64,000 nt of DNA from Lingula anatina. Its lineage: Eukaryota; Animalia; Brachiopoda. Both the position numbers and the translations under genes were made by a program. The notes below the pieces were generated by a model, which saw nothing but the letters and a program-made list of their open reading frames with translations, did not search any database and was not told the origin of the DNA. Positions within the stretch are counted from its first letter, which is position 1. Each line of letters opens with the position of its first letter. The stretch covers positions 69,728,788-69,792,787 of the forward strand of contig CM120640.1 in assembly GCA_051362555.1 (NCBI GenBank), written 5' to 3'. This document shows, one piece after another, positions 27,901-41,100 of the stretch.

Positions 27901-28830
27901 AGTTTATGACAAACATGGAAGAAGAATGTCCACATAGGATGGCTTTCCCAAGCTGTTAAGCTATGTTCAAGCATTTTGTAGACTGGCTCCATAAGTGTCA
28001 CAATGTGACTAGTGCAAGCATAAATTAATTCATAACACCCTCCTTTCTACTATATACATTCTTTAGAGTATAGCAGGCTTGTCTAGGTTGACATGTGGCT
28101 AAGTGGTCCTTGACATAATCAATATTAATGTTATATTTCTAACCAAGGAATAGTGACAAAGGTGAAGTTAAATAGTCATTTTCTCTTCTTGACATAATCA
28201 ATATTAATGTTATATTTCTAACCAAGATCAACCAAGGACTCGTGACAAAGGTGAAGTTAAATAGTTATAATTTTCTCACTGACTTCTCATTTAAATTTCA
28301 CTTTGTTGCTTTTAAAAAAGTGGAGTGTGACACTGAGTTATTGGTCACAGGCTAATTACAATAAGATTTTGGTCTCAGGCTAATTACAATAAAAACGAAC
28401 CGCACAGTCCCCCGTGATGAGAGAGAGTATATTTTTAACAACGCACCACAAAGGCGTACAGGTGTGAATGATGAGTGTGTCACTTGCAACAGATCTAAGT
28501 TTGGAACTGAAAACAAATCAATCATACAAAACGATGCCTTCTTTAAAATGTAACGAGTTGTGATAAAAAAAGCTACTTAGAAAACTGGAACTTGGTACCC
28601 TCCCGTCAAAAGTACAGTGAGTAATTAGACTTGACAGCGCCTTCAGGGACGGCGGAAACTATCGCTGCAAACTTGGGCACAGTGCCACCGTCAGAACATA
28701 AACGCCAGGTATTCCAATGCCGTGGAACTACCTTGGCATAAGGCTTCATGTAAAACGTGATCTTACAAAGAGAATACACACTTACGCTGTAACATTCCAG
28801 AGGTTCCCCCGCATTGTGTTGCCCAGCCAT
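21928..28830 (-). CDS. TAX1BP3: Tax1-binding protein 3 (TIP-1) single-PDZ protein, about 156 aa
   Basis: Minus-strand exons, all phase 0 with GT-AG: 28830-28786 (MAGQHNAGEPLECYS), 26406-26254 (..RCGFKIGGGIDQDNSKSPQGYPDK), 25999-25922 (GIYVTFIYENGPAAQCGLEVHDKILQ), 22122-21928 (VNGHDMTVVTHKKAVDYI...RGY*). GFxIGGGIDQD and VNGxDMTxVTH are TIP-1 hallmarks. Confidence 0.93.
22537..25634. mobile_element. Non-autonomous TA-TSD DNA transposon (~3.1 kb, Tc1/mariner-like)
   Basis: TA|CGGTAATGTGCCATGAATTTCGAAC ... GTTCGAAATTCATGGCACTTTACCG|TA, with repeated subterminal GAAATTCA motifs and a CpG-rich interior. No transposase was recognised. Lies in Tax1bp3 intron 3. Confidence 0.8.
28109..28277. repeat. 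Tandem duplication of ~80 bp in Tax1bp3 intron 1
   Basis: CTTGACATAATCAATATTAATGTTATATTTCTAACCAAG...GTGACAAAGGTGAAGTTAAATAGT occurs twice. Confidence 0.85.
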
Positions 28831-29141
28831 CGTCGGCTTCTTACAGTGAAATGCATCATGGGTAAAAGAGTGAAAAAATGATTACAGACATCTAGTTGGA
28901 GCAGGAAGAGGGCAAAAACATTAAATTATACTTAATTTAAAATCATTTTTAATTTTGAATAAAAATATTGCACTCATACTTCAATATTACGCATAAATAT
29001 TAAATCACGCTTGATCGGTGATATTAGTTATCAAGCATGGCGGCATCATTCAAACACGTTTCCCCTTCGCTTTGAAGAAGTGCTCCATTCAGCTCTCCTT
29101 TGTGTTTTTGAAGCAGTACTAGAGCTGTACCTTTGCTCATT
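28831..29141. promoter_or_regulatory. Bidirectional promoter shared by Tax1bp3 and Ndc1
   Basis: Divergent ATGs are 311 bp apart. There is a ZNF143/Staf-type motif TACCCATGATGCATT on the minus strand (28850-28864) and a YY1-like ATGGCGGC at ~29037. Confidence 0.65.
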
Positions 29142-32100
29142 ATGAAAAGCATCGTGTACTGGTATACATCAGAGGTAACAGCCAAATTAAAATAAATACA
29201 GATCATAAAATAAACATAAAAAAATAAGCAGCAGTGCGTGGACTGGAGTGTCTCGCTGTCTGTTGACACTGGAGTTGGGCAGTCTTGGGATGTTTGAAAC
29301 AATAAGCCTTCAAAAGTATATAGATTCAATAATTGTAAAGTTCAAAGGCAAGGTTGTATGTAATTGATGATCAAAAGAAAAAAGGGAATAAGGAAACGTG
29401 TTGTTGCTACTTTATTACTTTTATTGTCAGGTTTTCAAATGGAGGACAGGTGCAGCAGTTGCTTGGCTCTTGATTCTCCTTCCAACGCTGGTTTCCATCT
29501 ACATCACTGCAGCTAACTTCTGTATACTGCATCCTTTTCTCTGGATATCTAGTAAGTCATGGTAAAATGGAAAGGCAGATATGTTGAACACATTTTGTAT
29601 CCCAAACATTTTGTTGTTTTTTTTGTTGTTGTCTTATTGCATTGATTAATTGGTACATTCATAACTAGTAAAGTGTTTTTTCTTGATGGTTTTCATTAAC
29701 ACTCAGCATAATTCCCAGCTTGTGAGCAGGGGATTATTTCAGATCACTTAGAAGGAAAAACGTTTTTTTGAATAACTCCTATTTTTTAGTATTGAATAAT
29801 TTGTTTTCCCAAAGTACAGTCGAATAGTCCGTAGAATGATTTAATTTACACTCATTATATTCCTTACCTAAATAATACTGGATCTCATTTGGAAAGTTAT
29901 TTATTTGGCAGGTACCCTCGGATGTATCTTGAAGCTGTCTACATGGGGCTATATTATCCTCTTGTCAGTGCTCACAGCATTAACTGTAATATGTGATTCT
30001 GCATACTATACAGGTAGGATAGCCAGATTGGTGTGCAATAAAAATTGAGGAAGTACAATTTATTTTATGTAATCATATGGTCAGTAGCCAGAGTCTTCAT
30101 ATAATGGTATTTTTGATATTAATATTTTAAAACAAGAAATATGTTTAGTTGTCAAATGTTTTTATATTTCATTATACATCATTTTATGTAAACATTTTCC
30201 TTACATTTTTATTTTAGTCCAAGGCAATGTTATAGGTAACAGGGCAGGGTATCTGTGGACTCTGGTCCAGCTTTCCCATGTATTCCATGGAGCTGTCCAT
30301 GCTGTGGCTGGAGGAGTCATCACTTGGTGCTGTGTACAGATAGTGGGAGGAGGCTACCAGGACCTCTCTGTACAGTGTGAGCCAGCAAGGTGGGCAGGCA
30401 GTGTTATTTAGACTTTTTGGTTAGGTTTAGATATGAGATGATCCAACTTCTTGTCAGATATTGTTTTGGAGAAATGTTTTTGGAGCTTCTTCTGTTTGAT
30501 GCAGTAAAATGCAAAAAAGGGTATGATATTATAACATGCTGTAGGACTGTACAATTAATTTCCCTGTAACCAAAAAAAAAAAAATAAAGCAATGCAATAA
30601 TGTAATTAAATCAGCAATAGAAATACTTTTATTTACAAGAATGATAAGAAAAAAGTCACAAATTGAGGCACATCTAGACATCTGCCACAGTATAATAAGG
30701 TTTACTATTGGGAATATGTTGTTATTTCAGGACTTCTGCCTGTCTGAATGAACATCACCTCTTCATTGTCTTTCATGGAGTATATGCAGGATACTTCTAT
30801 TCAGTTACCTTCTTTTTGCAGAACAAGAATTACTTAGAATTCCCTGTTATACAGGTATTGTGAGGCTTTTGTGCATACAGCAGCGTGATAAATTTGAAAA
30901 TGTTGTAAAATGTGATGCTGTTACTTTTTGTAATGTGGCTTAATCTGATTATTAATGTAATACACAAAATGCCCATTGTTTATTGCTAGCATTGGATAAA
31001 TACATTTTTCATTATATTATAACTGTTTATATTACAGCAAGCCAAATTTTTTCAAGTGAAATCTGGTATAAGTCCACAGTTATTAGAATCCACAGTTACA
31101 ACGCTAAAGTTGATGCGTTTTTACTACTTAGTATATTTTCTCATAGGTAAGTTGTCAGTGAAATCAAGTTCATTTTTGTTTTTTTTTTTATTTGTAGTTG
31201 ACACATTAATTCCTTTTCCGTGTCATTACTGTCATACATTTATTTTTATGAAAATATTAAGTAATTGGTGTACTTGATTTTTTTTTTTTTTTTTTTTTTT
31301 TTTGGGGGGGGGGGATTTCTGGACTTAATTGGTTGAAATGATATTATATCTTACAGGTGCAATACCAAAGGAGTGGATAATTTATACTTTAAATCTTGAG
31401 AAGAGGTTAGTATGTTTTGTTGATTTCTTTTTCTTTTCTTTTTTTTTTTTTTTGCTCTGAAATTGATTATAAAATATGCAAGATTGTAGGTGATGTATAA
31501 GACCACCTTATATATTTTCATAAAGGTTCTATTATTTATTCAAGTTGATTAAGTTGAAGTCATGAAATTGAAAGACATTTATTTCCAAAACTTAAAAAGT
31601 ACACTTTCTGTCATCAGTTAAACATAATTTAATATCTGATATCTGTAATTATTTTATACATGAGCATTGAAATAACATTACAAAGCACATCTAATTTTAT
31701 ATATAATTATCTAAATCTCATATCAGCCCTGTAGCCCCTCTGAACTCTGTATTTGGTTTGCTGGACATTTCTCTGTTCTGGCAAACCTTGGTGACTGGTG
31801 TGTTCCTGCATTTTGTATGGAGCTTAGGAGTGGTTCTCTTCAAAGCATACAATACTGAGGTAAGTCTATTGTAGATGATCTAATCATCTAATCTAACCAA
31901 CCAGTAGAAAACTAAACAATTTCTCATGCTTGGAGCCATCGTGGTCACTGACCTTCTGCACACTGACTGATGATATTTGTAACAGAGTATTGACTAAATA
32001 TCTTAATGGTGAAGGCCATCCACCATCATGGCCACTAATAAATGTATGTTGGTTGTGTTTAGATAACTTATCATGGATAACATGATGTAAGCTGGTAAAC

Positions 32101-35100
32101 TTCAGTATGATGGTAACTTCATACTGATGAATAGAGAGAAATTATAAATAACAGAAATAGGTTGTTAAAAAATGCTTACATTTTTAAAAGTACCAAATGC
32201 TTAATTTAAATAAAAGTGTTATTTATAAAAGTCATGTTTTGGATGTTGCAGCCTTTACAATTACCCATAGAGTCTTCTTTTGGAGAAGAAAGCAGCAGAT
32301 GTCTCCATCATGCCCTGTCTTGTAAACTGTCCATTTTACAGGTAATGTATAGGTTTATTATTTCTAAGCAGGTTAATATTATCAAATGGTTCAAGACAAG
32401 CAAGGTCAAAATTCAGTAACAAAGTTTCAGGACTGGATTATTGCAACAATATTGTTGTGTAAATTATTCCGCTGCTAAATGGATCCTCCTAGAGCCAGAT
32501 TGGATGAAAATTGAAAAGTTCCAAAAATAATCACGAATCCTTGGTGCAGTCAGTTTTGAATTATGTATCTTAGGCTTCATTCACATGCAATGTCTATTTT
32601 CTAAATTCTATTTTCTATTCGCGCTATCTTATGATCACGGTCTGTGCCCTGAATATCCCGCCGCGTAATTACTGGCAGCGCGAACCAGTTACTTATAGTA
32701 ACTTATAGTAACTGGCTCGCGCTGCCAGAAATTACGCCGCGGGATATTCAGGGCACAGACCATGATCATAAGACATACCGCGAATAGAAAATAGAATTTA
32801 GAAAATAGACATTGCATGTGAATGAAGCCTTAGTGTACTGTTACTGTGGAGGTAATAATGCTTGGTCAAGAGTCTATTTTTTGCCTCCCATGTTCATCAT
32901 TCTCTTCGATGCTTGTATACAGTTATCTTTTGCAAGGTTGTACCCTGTCCCACCAACTTGTACAAAGTCGTTGACGGTCTTTCTTCCTCCAACATCCACT
33001 GATCCCTTAGATTGCCATTTGTCAGACATGTGGCGGGCGTCAGTGACCACAGTTTGGTTAGACACACCATAGTTCTTTCCTTTGTGGACTAAATACTGGT
33101 TGCCTTTGTCAGTAGTAACCCTGGAATATTGCAAAATCTCTTTCATAAATATGTATAAATCCATTGCCAAGATGGAGTGAATCTAGACCTTTAATATTAA
33201 AGGTAGAAATGCACTTTAACTACAAGTTATTTTAAGCTATTTTCATGGTCATCAAAATAATAATTGGAAAAAGTGTTTCTGTTTAAAGTAAAATTTTGCT
33301 TTTTAGTCCTAAAAATCAGTGAGAGATTAAAGAACTGAAAACTTAATTACTTGACGCCTTCATGGTGAATGCCAACCAGGCTCCCGCTGCCGCCACCCCA
33401 GCTGGGCATGGGGCGCTTCATCCTCTCAGCACTGACCACTTTCTCATTGAAGATAGACGTCAGTCCACTCTGGGACTTGACATCATGAGGGGGGCGTGCT
33501 CCTGCCATGATACTCTGGAACTCTGGACAACTGCTGCCTGACGATAGAGATATATCTGAAATAAGACAATTGTCACTTTATCAGTGTCAGAAATTGGAAT
33601 TAAGTTGTGGTATTGATAATTACAGTTGTTTTAGTAATCACAATTCGAAAATCACATGCCAAATGGTATAAATATAATATAAGCAATATCTAGATCTCGA
33701 GAAAGGTTAGAGGATTCTGACAACAACAAGAAAAAAAAGATATTTTTGTTCAATATCTTATCCCCTCTTTATGCTGCCTGGTTAAAGTGAGAAATACATA
33801 CAATAAGTGTAGAAAAAAAGCACATATAAAAAGTCTGTGGTATATTAATATCAAATATCAACAATATACAGTCAACAATATTAATATCAACAATTCTGTT
33901 AAACACTTGTGGATGCTACAATAAAGTATTTGGTCTTAATAGCTGAGTAAAGAAAACGTTATATTTTATAGCTATCTTATTTTATAGCTATCTTACCTGC
34001 AATAAGGTGTGAGCTCAACAAGGATTCTTTGTCACAGTTTGATGTCAGCAGATTTTAGCTCATTTTATACCTGGAAGTGGGAATTTTATGTTGATGTTTT
34101 ATTTTCGTTCCTGGAAATACCCTGTTTTATTTTCGTTCCTGGAAATACCCATTTGTCAGCATAGGTATTTTAATGGCTGGTGATTCAGAGTCACAGGCTT
34201 ACTTTCTGTAATGTCTGATTACAAGTTTCACTTTGTGTATGTTGACCTACTTATGGACCATTGTTCTATTTTGGGATTTCCCCAACATGTATGTTACAAA
34301 AACGAAAGTTACAATACAAACTGATGCTTTACAATACAATACAAATATAATAGCTGGTGATTCAAATACAAAATGACAATACAAAATACAATACAAAATT
34401 ACAATTACAATACAAAATTATGGAAATTTTTGTAGTTGTATAGTATACTTACTCAGCCAGTAGTCCATTGTCTGACTGTTTACCTGGCATGGTGGTAAAT
34501 AGGGAGATCAATAGTCAGGTGTCACAGGCTTATTGATTACATATCACCCTTATGTTGACTAATATTAGACATTTTCTTTAAGTCTGGTTTTTCCCCAAGT
34601 TTCAGTTTAAAAATATGAGATGTTTGGGGAAATTTTAGTTGTTGTAAGTTTTTTTGACAGTTGTTATTTTGAATGTGGGCAGTTTGTTTATTTAGGCACT
34701 AGCCTGATGACTTGGTTTTTACTTGGCACTTGGTGAAATTCACCAGCATTATTTGAGTGATTACGGAATTTTAAATGATGATAGGGAATTTTTATAGTTC
34801 ATTTTCCAGTAAGCCACATTTTTCAATAATTTGAAGTTTGTTTTCCAGCAAGGCACGTTTTACGTGTATTTTTGTAAGAAATAGATTATAGGTACTTGTT
34901 AACAGGTATTTTGAATTGATCTAGAGTCTATAATTTGATTGCCATCATAGTTCAGGGCCTTGGGCTGTGGTGGAAGGGGGCGTGGAGATAGGGGGGACCT
35001 GCCTGCTTCAAAGATTAAAAAAAAAAAGAAATTTCGATCTGTATAAAGTACTTCCTGTGTCCTCTATGAACTTCAACAGCTGCCCCCCCCCTCCCCCCTA

Positions 35101-38100
35101 AAAAACTACAGCCCTGTTATTTACAGATTAGGCCACACTTTTTTAATTTTATGGATGACATCCTGCGCGCGCACCGATTTTCGTCCGTTCTCAAAAAAAA
35201 AAAAAAAAAAATCCCCCCCCCCCCCCCCCAAGGAAGTCGGTTATCGCAAACGTCGTTATTGAATTTGCCGGAAAATACAATCGGCAATCCTCGGCTAATT
35301 CCGCAAGCTCCATGCTGTCATTGTCGACTGCGGAGACATCCGAGTAGTTCCGAGTGCGGAAAATGAGCTTTCTGCGCATGTGTACTTATCACCACGTGGA
35401 AATATGGCCGCTTTGCCGTCAAATTCATCTCTAGCATTAATTTCAAAATACACGACAATTAAAGTCATAAAGAGAACGGGGGCCGTCGTTTTGGATTGGT
35501 TTGCCATTGATATTGGACATGGAGATATCACCTTTTTACAATTATACGAAAGGCTGTCCAAAGCAGCACATAGGCTTACCAGGGTTTTTTTTTTGTACCG
35601 AAAAAAGGGTCGACAAGAGCGTCGTGGTATTTGGTGGACTGAAGGTCGGACAGGCCACCCAATAGTCGGCTGCTACGTGTGAGTCGAAGTAGACAAAATG
35701 GCATCGACCGAAATTACCTTTTTTAGATTTGGTAGTAGGAAGCATAGGCCTATCTTTGCTTCATTTTTTAACAATTCTGTGAAGTGTTCACAATGCTTAA
35801 ATTTTCTGAGAGTACAAATAAAGACACGCTGTTTATTTGATATTTGTTTTATTGATTGCTATACCAACAGAATGCATGAAATAACCTTAAATAGATTTGG
35901 TAATATGCAGCATATATATATTCATGACTTTTTACCTTTCTACGAAGTAGGCCCTATTCACAATGCTTTAATATTTTGAGAGCATGGATAAAGACATATG
36001 TTGTTAGTTTGATACGTGTTTCTGTGGTAAATTAGTGTTTCCAGCTGTGTACTGAAAACATAACTTTTCTTAAGCATTTTTTTTTTTTTTTTGGACTGTT
36101 TTTTTTTTTTTTCGCCCGCTCGCACCGATTTTGGGGTCCCCAGAGGATGTCATCCATAAAAATAAAAAAGTGTGGCCTTAATGGCAATAAATGACTGAAA
36201 GAGTGGGGGAGGGGAGCATAAATCACATGAAAGGATATTCCTAGATTGTATGTAGCATTTGTTTGACTACATAAGATATAGTGCATATAAAATGTAATTG
36301 TGTCTCTTCTTAATATTTTCAGTATTTGGGTTACCTAGACTTGTATTTGCTGTCCAAGTTCTCAAAAGAAAGAAGAAAGCAGATTTATAGCCTCAGTCAG
36401 CCAGGTAATCTGTATAGAATTATGGAGGCCTTGATCCAGTTTAGACAGGCTTGCTAGTTTTTCTGCAGTTTTCTTTGGATAAGAAGAAATTAGTAAATGT
36501 ATCGTATCATTGAATATCTGTTATTACAAAGCTTATTTATAATAATAATTAATAAGTGCCAGAACCTGGTTTCAACTTCTCTAAAAAACAGCACAGATAT
36601 ATTTTTATTGACTTCCTCTGAAAATATATGCCTATGTCTATCACTGAAACTATTTCAATGGGCTGTATCATTTACATCCTGCATCCCATGTTAGGTGGTC
36701 ACCCCCACAACTGGACCAGCCTATGTACACAGTGCTTGACCAGTATAGATGCCTTGACCAGTGCAGTGAGGCAGCACAATGATAATACAGTGGGCAATGG
36801 GGCCCTCCCATTAAGACAGCCCAGTGGAGAGAGAGCAACCAACAGAGATAAAGGTAAGTGTATTCATGAAAATATATCTAATAGATTTGATGCTCTCTTA
36901 AGTGTTTTATTTTGGCATATTTATTTTGTATTTCAGAGGACTGGTGGTTTATGTTGTACAATGATTGAATAATGAAGTTGGTAGAATAAATTGAATCAAT
37001 TTTGTTGTATTTATTTACAAGTGTTTATCACATTTAGTACCTAAAGATTGTACAGAGGAGATGTTTGAGGCTGTAGAAATTACTCCACTGTAACAACATG
37101 TTGATAAGTCAGTGTTGTAACAACATGAAACTCACCCAGGATTTATTCAGAAATGCAGATATTTGGGTGTTGTATTCATGACCCCATGCACTGTGTCTTG
37201 CCTTTTAAAGAAGTCTCTCATCTCTGTTTATAGGAAACTTTTTGGGTTTTAACCCTGCTATGACTTCGATACAGAATCATACTTCCCATGTGTCACGAGG
37301 TATTGCATGTACCTGTATGTTATAGCTTACTATGCTGCCTTGTCTTCCTGGGGTGATACATTGCCTGTTTGTTTGTATTTATATACCCTAGCTTGATACC
37401 TTGATAATTCTATTTTTCCTCATACACTGGTCTCTGCAATGTAGTGTCAGTGTATACACCAGTGTATACCAGTAAGTTTCTATGTTCACCTGTGACTTGA
37501 CATCTTTTTTACCTAACACCTTGCTTTGTCTGTATCTTGCTATCTGCCTGAATATATCATGAGTTATAAAAAGGGCAATCTATTTTTATGAGACTTGGTT
37601 TAGAATCAATTGGCACTTTTAAAGTATGATGATAAATGAAATTTTACAATTATGTCTGATGATTTATTTCAGTATTGTTATTTTAAGGTTGATAAAGTAA
37701 AATGCTTTTTCTAAGATTCTCTGCTTGTTTATCTTTAATCTATCAAAAACAAATAGCATATTTTTGAACTAATATATATTTTGAGTAATTATCTCAATGT
37801 CCAGAAGTGAGTGATTAAGTAGCATGATCCTGTTTCGTTAATGATAAAAAAAACATGTTGACGCTCTTTTAAAATCTTTTAGCTCTTCATCTCCAAGCTT
37901 TCTTTGAAAGATGATTTTTATAAACTATTGATCTATCTTTCAGAAAGACAATCTGTTACATTAATATTCCCTTTACATATCAATCATTAACTGTCACCGC
38001 CACTCTTTGCCCCGCCATTCTGTTCATTTGTCTGTGATTGTGAAACGGGAACTGTTGATGTTCTACAAATTCATCTTCTGAAGACAGCTACTTTATATTA

Positions 38101-41100
38101 TAGATTTTTTTATTATTGTATTTGGGTTTCATGTGTCATTTTGCTTACACCTGCTTTCCTCCTGCTCACGAAGTACCACGAAGTACTTTAGACTATGAAA
38201 TTTTGGTAAAGTGTCATTATTAGAAAAGTACATGCTCAGTAAGTTACCTACTAGAGCTGATATGATTGAAATGGTGAGATCACTTAAAATGTGCTACTGC
38301 AGTTCTAATAAAATGTTTAGTCAAATAATAGCAGAACGTGTTCCTCTTAGATTTTATATGAAGGTGCTTTTGTCAGAAATGTTCAAAATAGTTGTATTAC
38401 AGGTTTTGATATATTTTCAGCATAAGTCAGGTATGGGCTAACTTAGAATCAATTAGATTTTGGTGATGATACATTAATTAATTGATTGATTAATAATGAC
38501 GATTGAGCAGCCTTGCTGGAGGTCAGCACTTTCTGAATACCATTCTAGTTTTATAAATGTTTTGAACTGATTTCATCTTTGTCCAGATTCGCCCTATGGA
38601 ATAATGGATGTTACAAGTCCATCAGTCATATACAGGGGACCACAGGTGAATGGATTTAAAAGTCCAGCTTCAGGTATATTTTTATTTGAGAATGCATGTT
38701 TTATTTGGATTTTTGCTGCTGTGTTAGAATAATTTTCAACATGTGTTATGTTTTTGTTAAGTTTCTGAAGTTTCTCTGATTTCTCAGATGTAATTTCATG
38801 TCATTTTCATTCGGTCAACATTCAAGTTTACATCTTAATTGGTAGTTCAAAATTAATCTTTTTCAAAAGAGTTAATTTTCTAAGGAAATGAAATATAGGT
38901 TAGGATTTTTTGGGATCTCTTGAATGTTGTATATAATCTGTTACATACAGTTCATGATTTGGATAAGGCAATTAAGTGGTGATTTTCATGCAGAAAAATA
39001 GCTCTCTGGGTAAATTTGATTGCCTTTTTTTCTCTATTTTAGGTCCAGCTCCACTTCCCAAACAGCCATCAATAGCAGATAAGGTATTTAAGGAGCTTTA
39101 AAAACAAATAGCCATTAGTGATATTGTATCCTTAGTATATGGTCTTATTTGCAAGGCTTCTTATATAGGGTACAAGGGAAAACCTCCAGTGTATTAAGGG
39201 GCCCGCACACGGTGAGCATTTGGCGCGCACGGGGGTATTTTGGTGAGATTTTTGCCTCTCGCGCGGCTGAGCAAAATTTCTCACGTGTTTGATTTTTTTG
39301 GTCTCTTGAGGCAAATGTCTCAGCGTGTGCGGGGTGCAAGTGCCGATTGCTCACGCCATGCCAACAATGCGCATGTGCCGGTAGCCGGAAACAAAGAAAG
39401 ATGGCAGCCCCCAGCGAAGTAAACAAAAATGTACACAGTTATAGTTAGTCTGATTGATTAACGTGGTCACCATTTGCCATTACTTTCAGAAATATGTAAT
39501 GTTTCCTTAATCACATGATCCCACAATTTACGGTACGTCCGATAGGGGCGGGTCGGGAGGCACCTTTGCTGAGGAAAGAGCGCAGCGTTTGCAGGGAGCT
39601 GAGGAGCGTGAGCATTTTGCGCAGTGCAAGTGGCGCGCGCCAAATGCTCACCGTGTGCGGGCCCCTTAAAATGTAAAAAAAAAAAATACATTTTTTGCAA
39701 CTTTTTATAAATATACATTTCATCTTTTTCTTTTAGATAGCAGAATATATCAAAAAGAGAAAAGCAGTCTCGTACTTTTTGAGTGATTTTCCAGAGGCTA
39801 AAAGCCAAAGGCTGTTTGCTGATTGCAAAGTTCAGATTTGGGCAGTGGAAGGTACTTAACATTTTCCCTCAGACTACTGACTTAGATATAAATGTGTAAT
39901 TTTTATTAGATATTGATCAAGTATTTATATTTTAATTGACCAGAAGTCATATATCATAACAGAAATGCAGTATTTGTTAAGATGTGATAAATACATCAAT
40001 TTGAACTGCAAAATACGTCTATCAACATCCAAATACTTGCTAACTTGTTGTGTAGTTCTAATAAGGTTGTATCCCTGGTTGGGACTGAACATATTTTTAT
40101 ATTACTGCTTTTGTAGCATTGTCATATTTGGTCGCATCTTCCTATCATGAAGATACATTTGGAGTTGTGCAGAAGTCCTTGCCTGCTATCTTAACTTCTA
40201 TGCTTAGTTTACAAGAGGTGAGACTTTCCTTTTTCTTAGTTACATTATTTTTCACATTCTTACCCAAGTATATAGAACAACGTAATTAAAGGGAAGTAAA
40301 TAGGTAAACCAACTTTTATTAAGCTGATGGCTACTTAAGTCTACTAAGGACTCATTCCCAGTAAAACTTGTTCTACATAGATTAATATGTGTCTTGTTTC
40401 CAACATACAAGTATAATCACCAACCTTTCTGTATCCCACTCAATGCCAGGAGGAGGGCTGTAAATATTTTAATCTGATTGCATTTAGTTGGATTGATATA
40501 TGTACATGCAGAACAATAGCTTCATTAGGAATGATCCCAAACTGTACAGTTTGTCATGTGTGTGTTGATTGGTTTATGTAAACATTTTGCAATGATTTTG
40601 GTAAATGATTTAACAATGTTATATGTTTTCCCCCAGTCAGTAGAAAAATGCTTCAAGTTGTCAACAGGAGCCAGCCGCAGGGTGCTGAGGGGTCAGAATG
40701 ACCCAGATGGCCTCCGGTTTGCCTTGAAAGCTTCATTGAGGACATCTCTGTACAGGGTGGTCAATAAGTTTAAAGATCATTTAAGGTAAGGGATAATGAG
40801 TAATATTTCTGCACAGATTTGAGTGCATATTCCTAGGTTTGTGTGCATGTATGCACGTCTCAACAAAATCAGTAATTTGTAATTTACATTCCATAACAAT
40901 CACAAGAAAAATTGAGAACGTACAGAAAAAATGAAAATGTACAAGAAAAAGACTACCAGACAGACCACTATTATATAAAGATATCACTAGCAAGACCGTT
41001 CTTGTGATCTTGTGATATCTCATCTTAACTTCTGTGATAGATTAATATGAAGCTCTTACTGCATAAAGATATTCATAATAGTGTCTTATCACCAAAACTT

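Noticed and set aside
34953-35116. CAGGGC...GCCCTG-bounded G/C-tract segment resembling a hAT MITE
   Set aside because: Only a 6-bp terminal match and no TSD, so it is too decayed to call.
38174-38182. Possible 9-nt in-frame Ndc1 microexon (aag|TACCACGAA|gtactt)
   Set aside because: Both splice sites are weak and the pattern is explained by a 10-bp tandem duplication of CACGAAGTAC.
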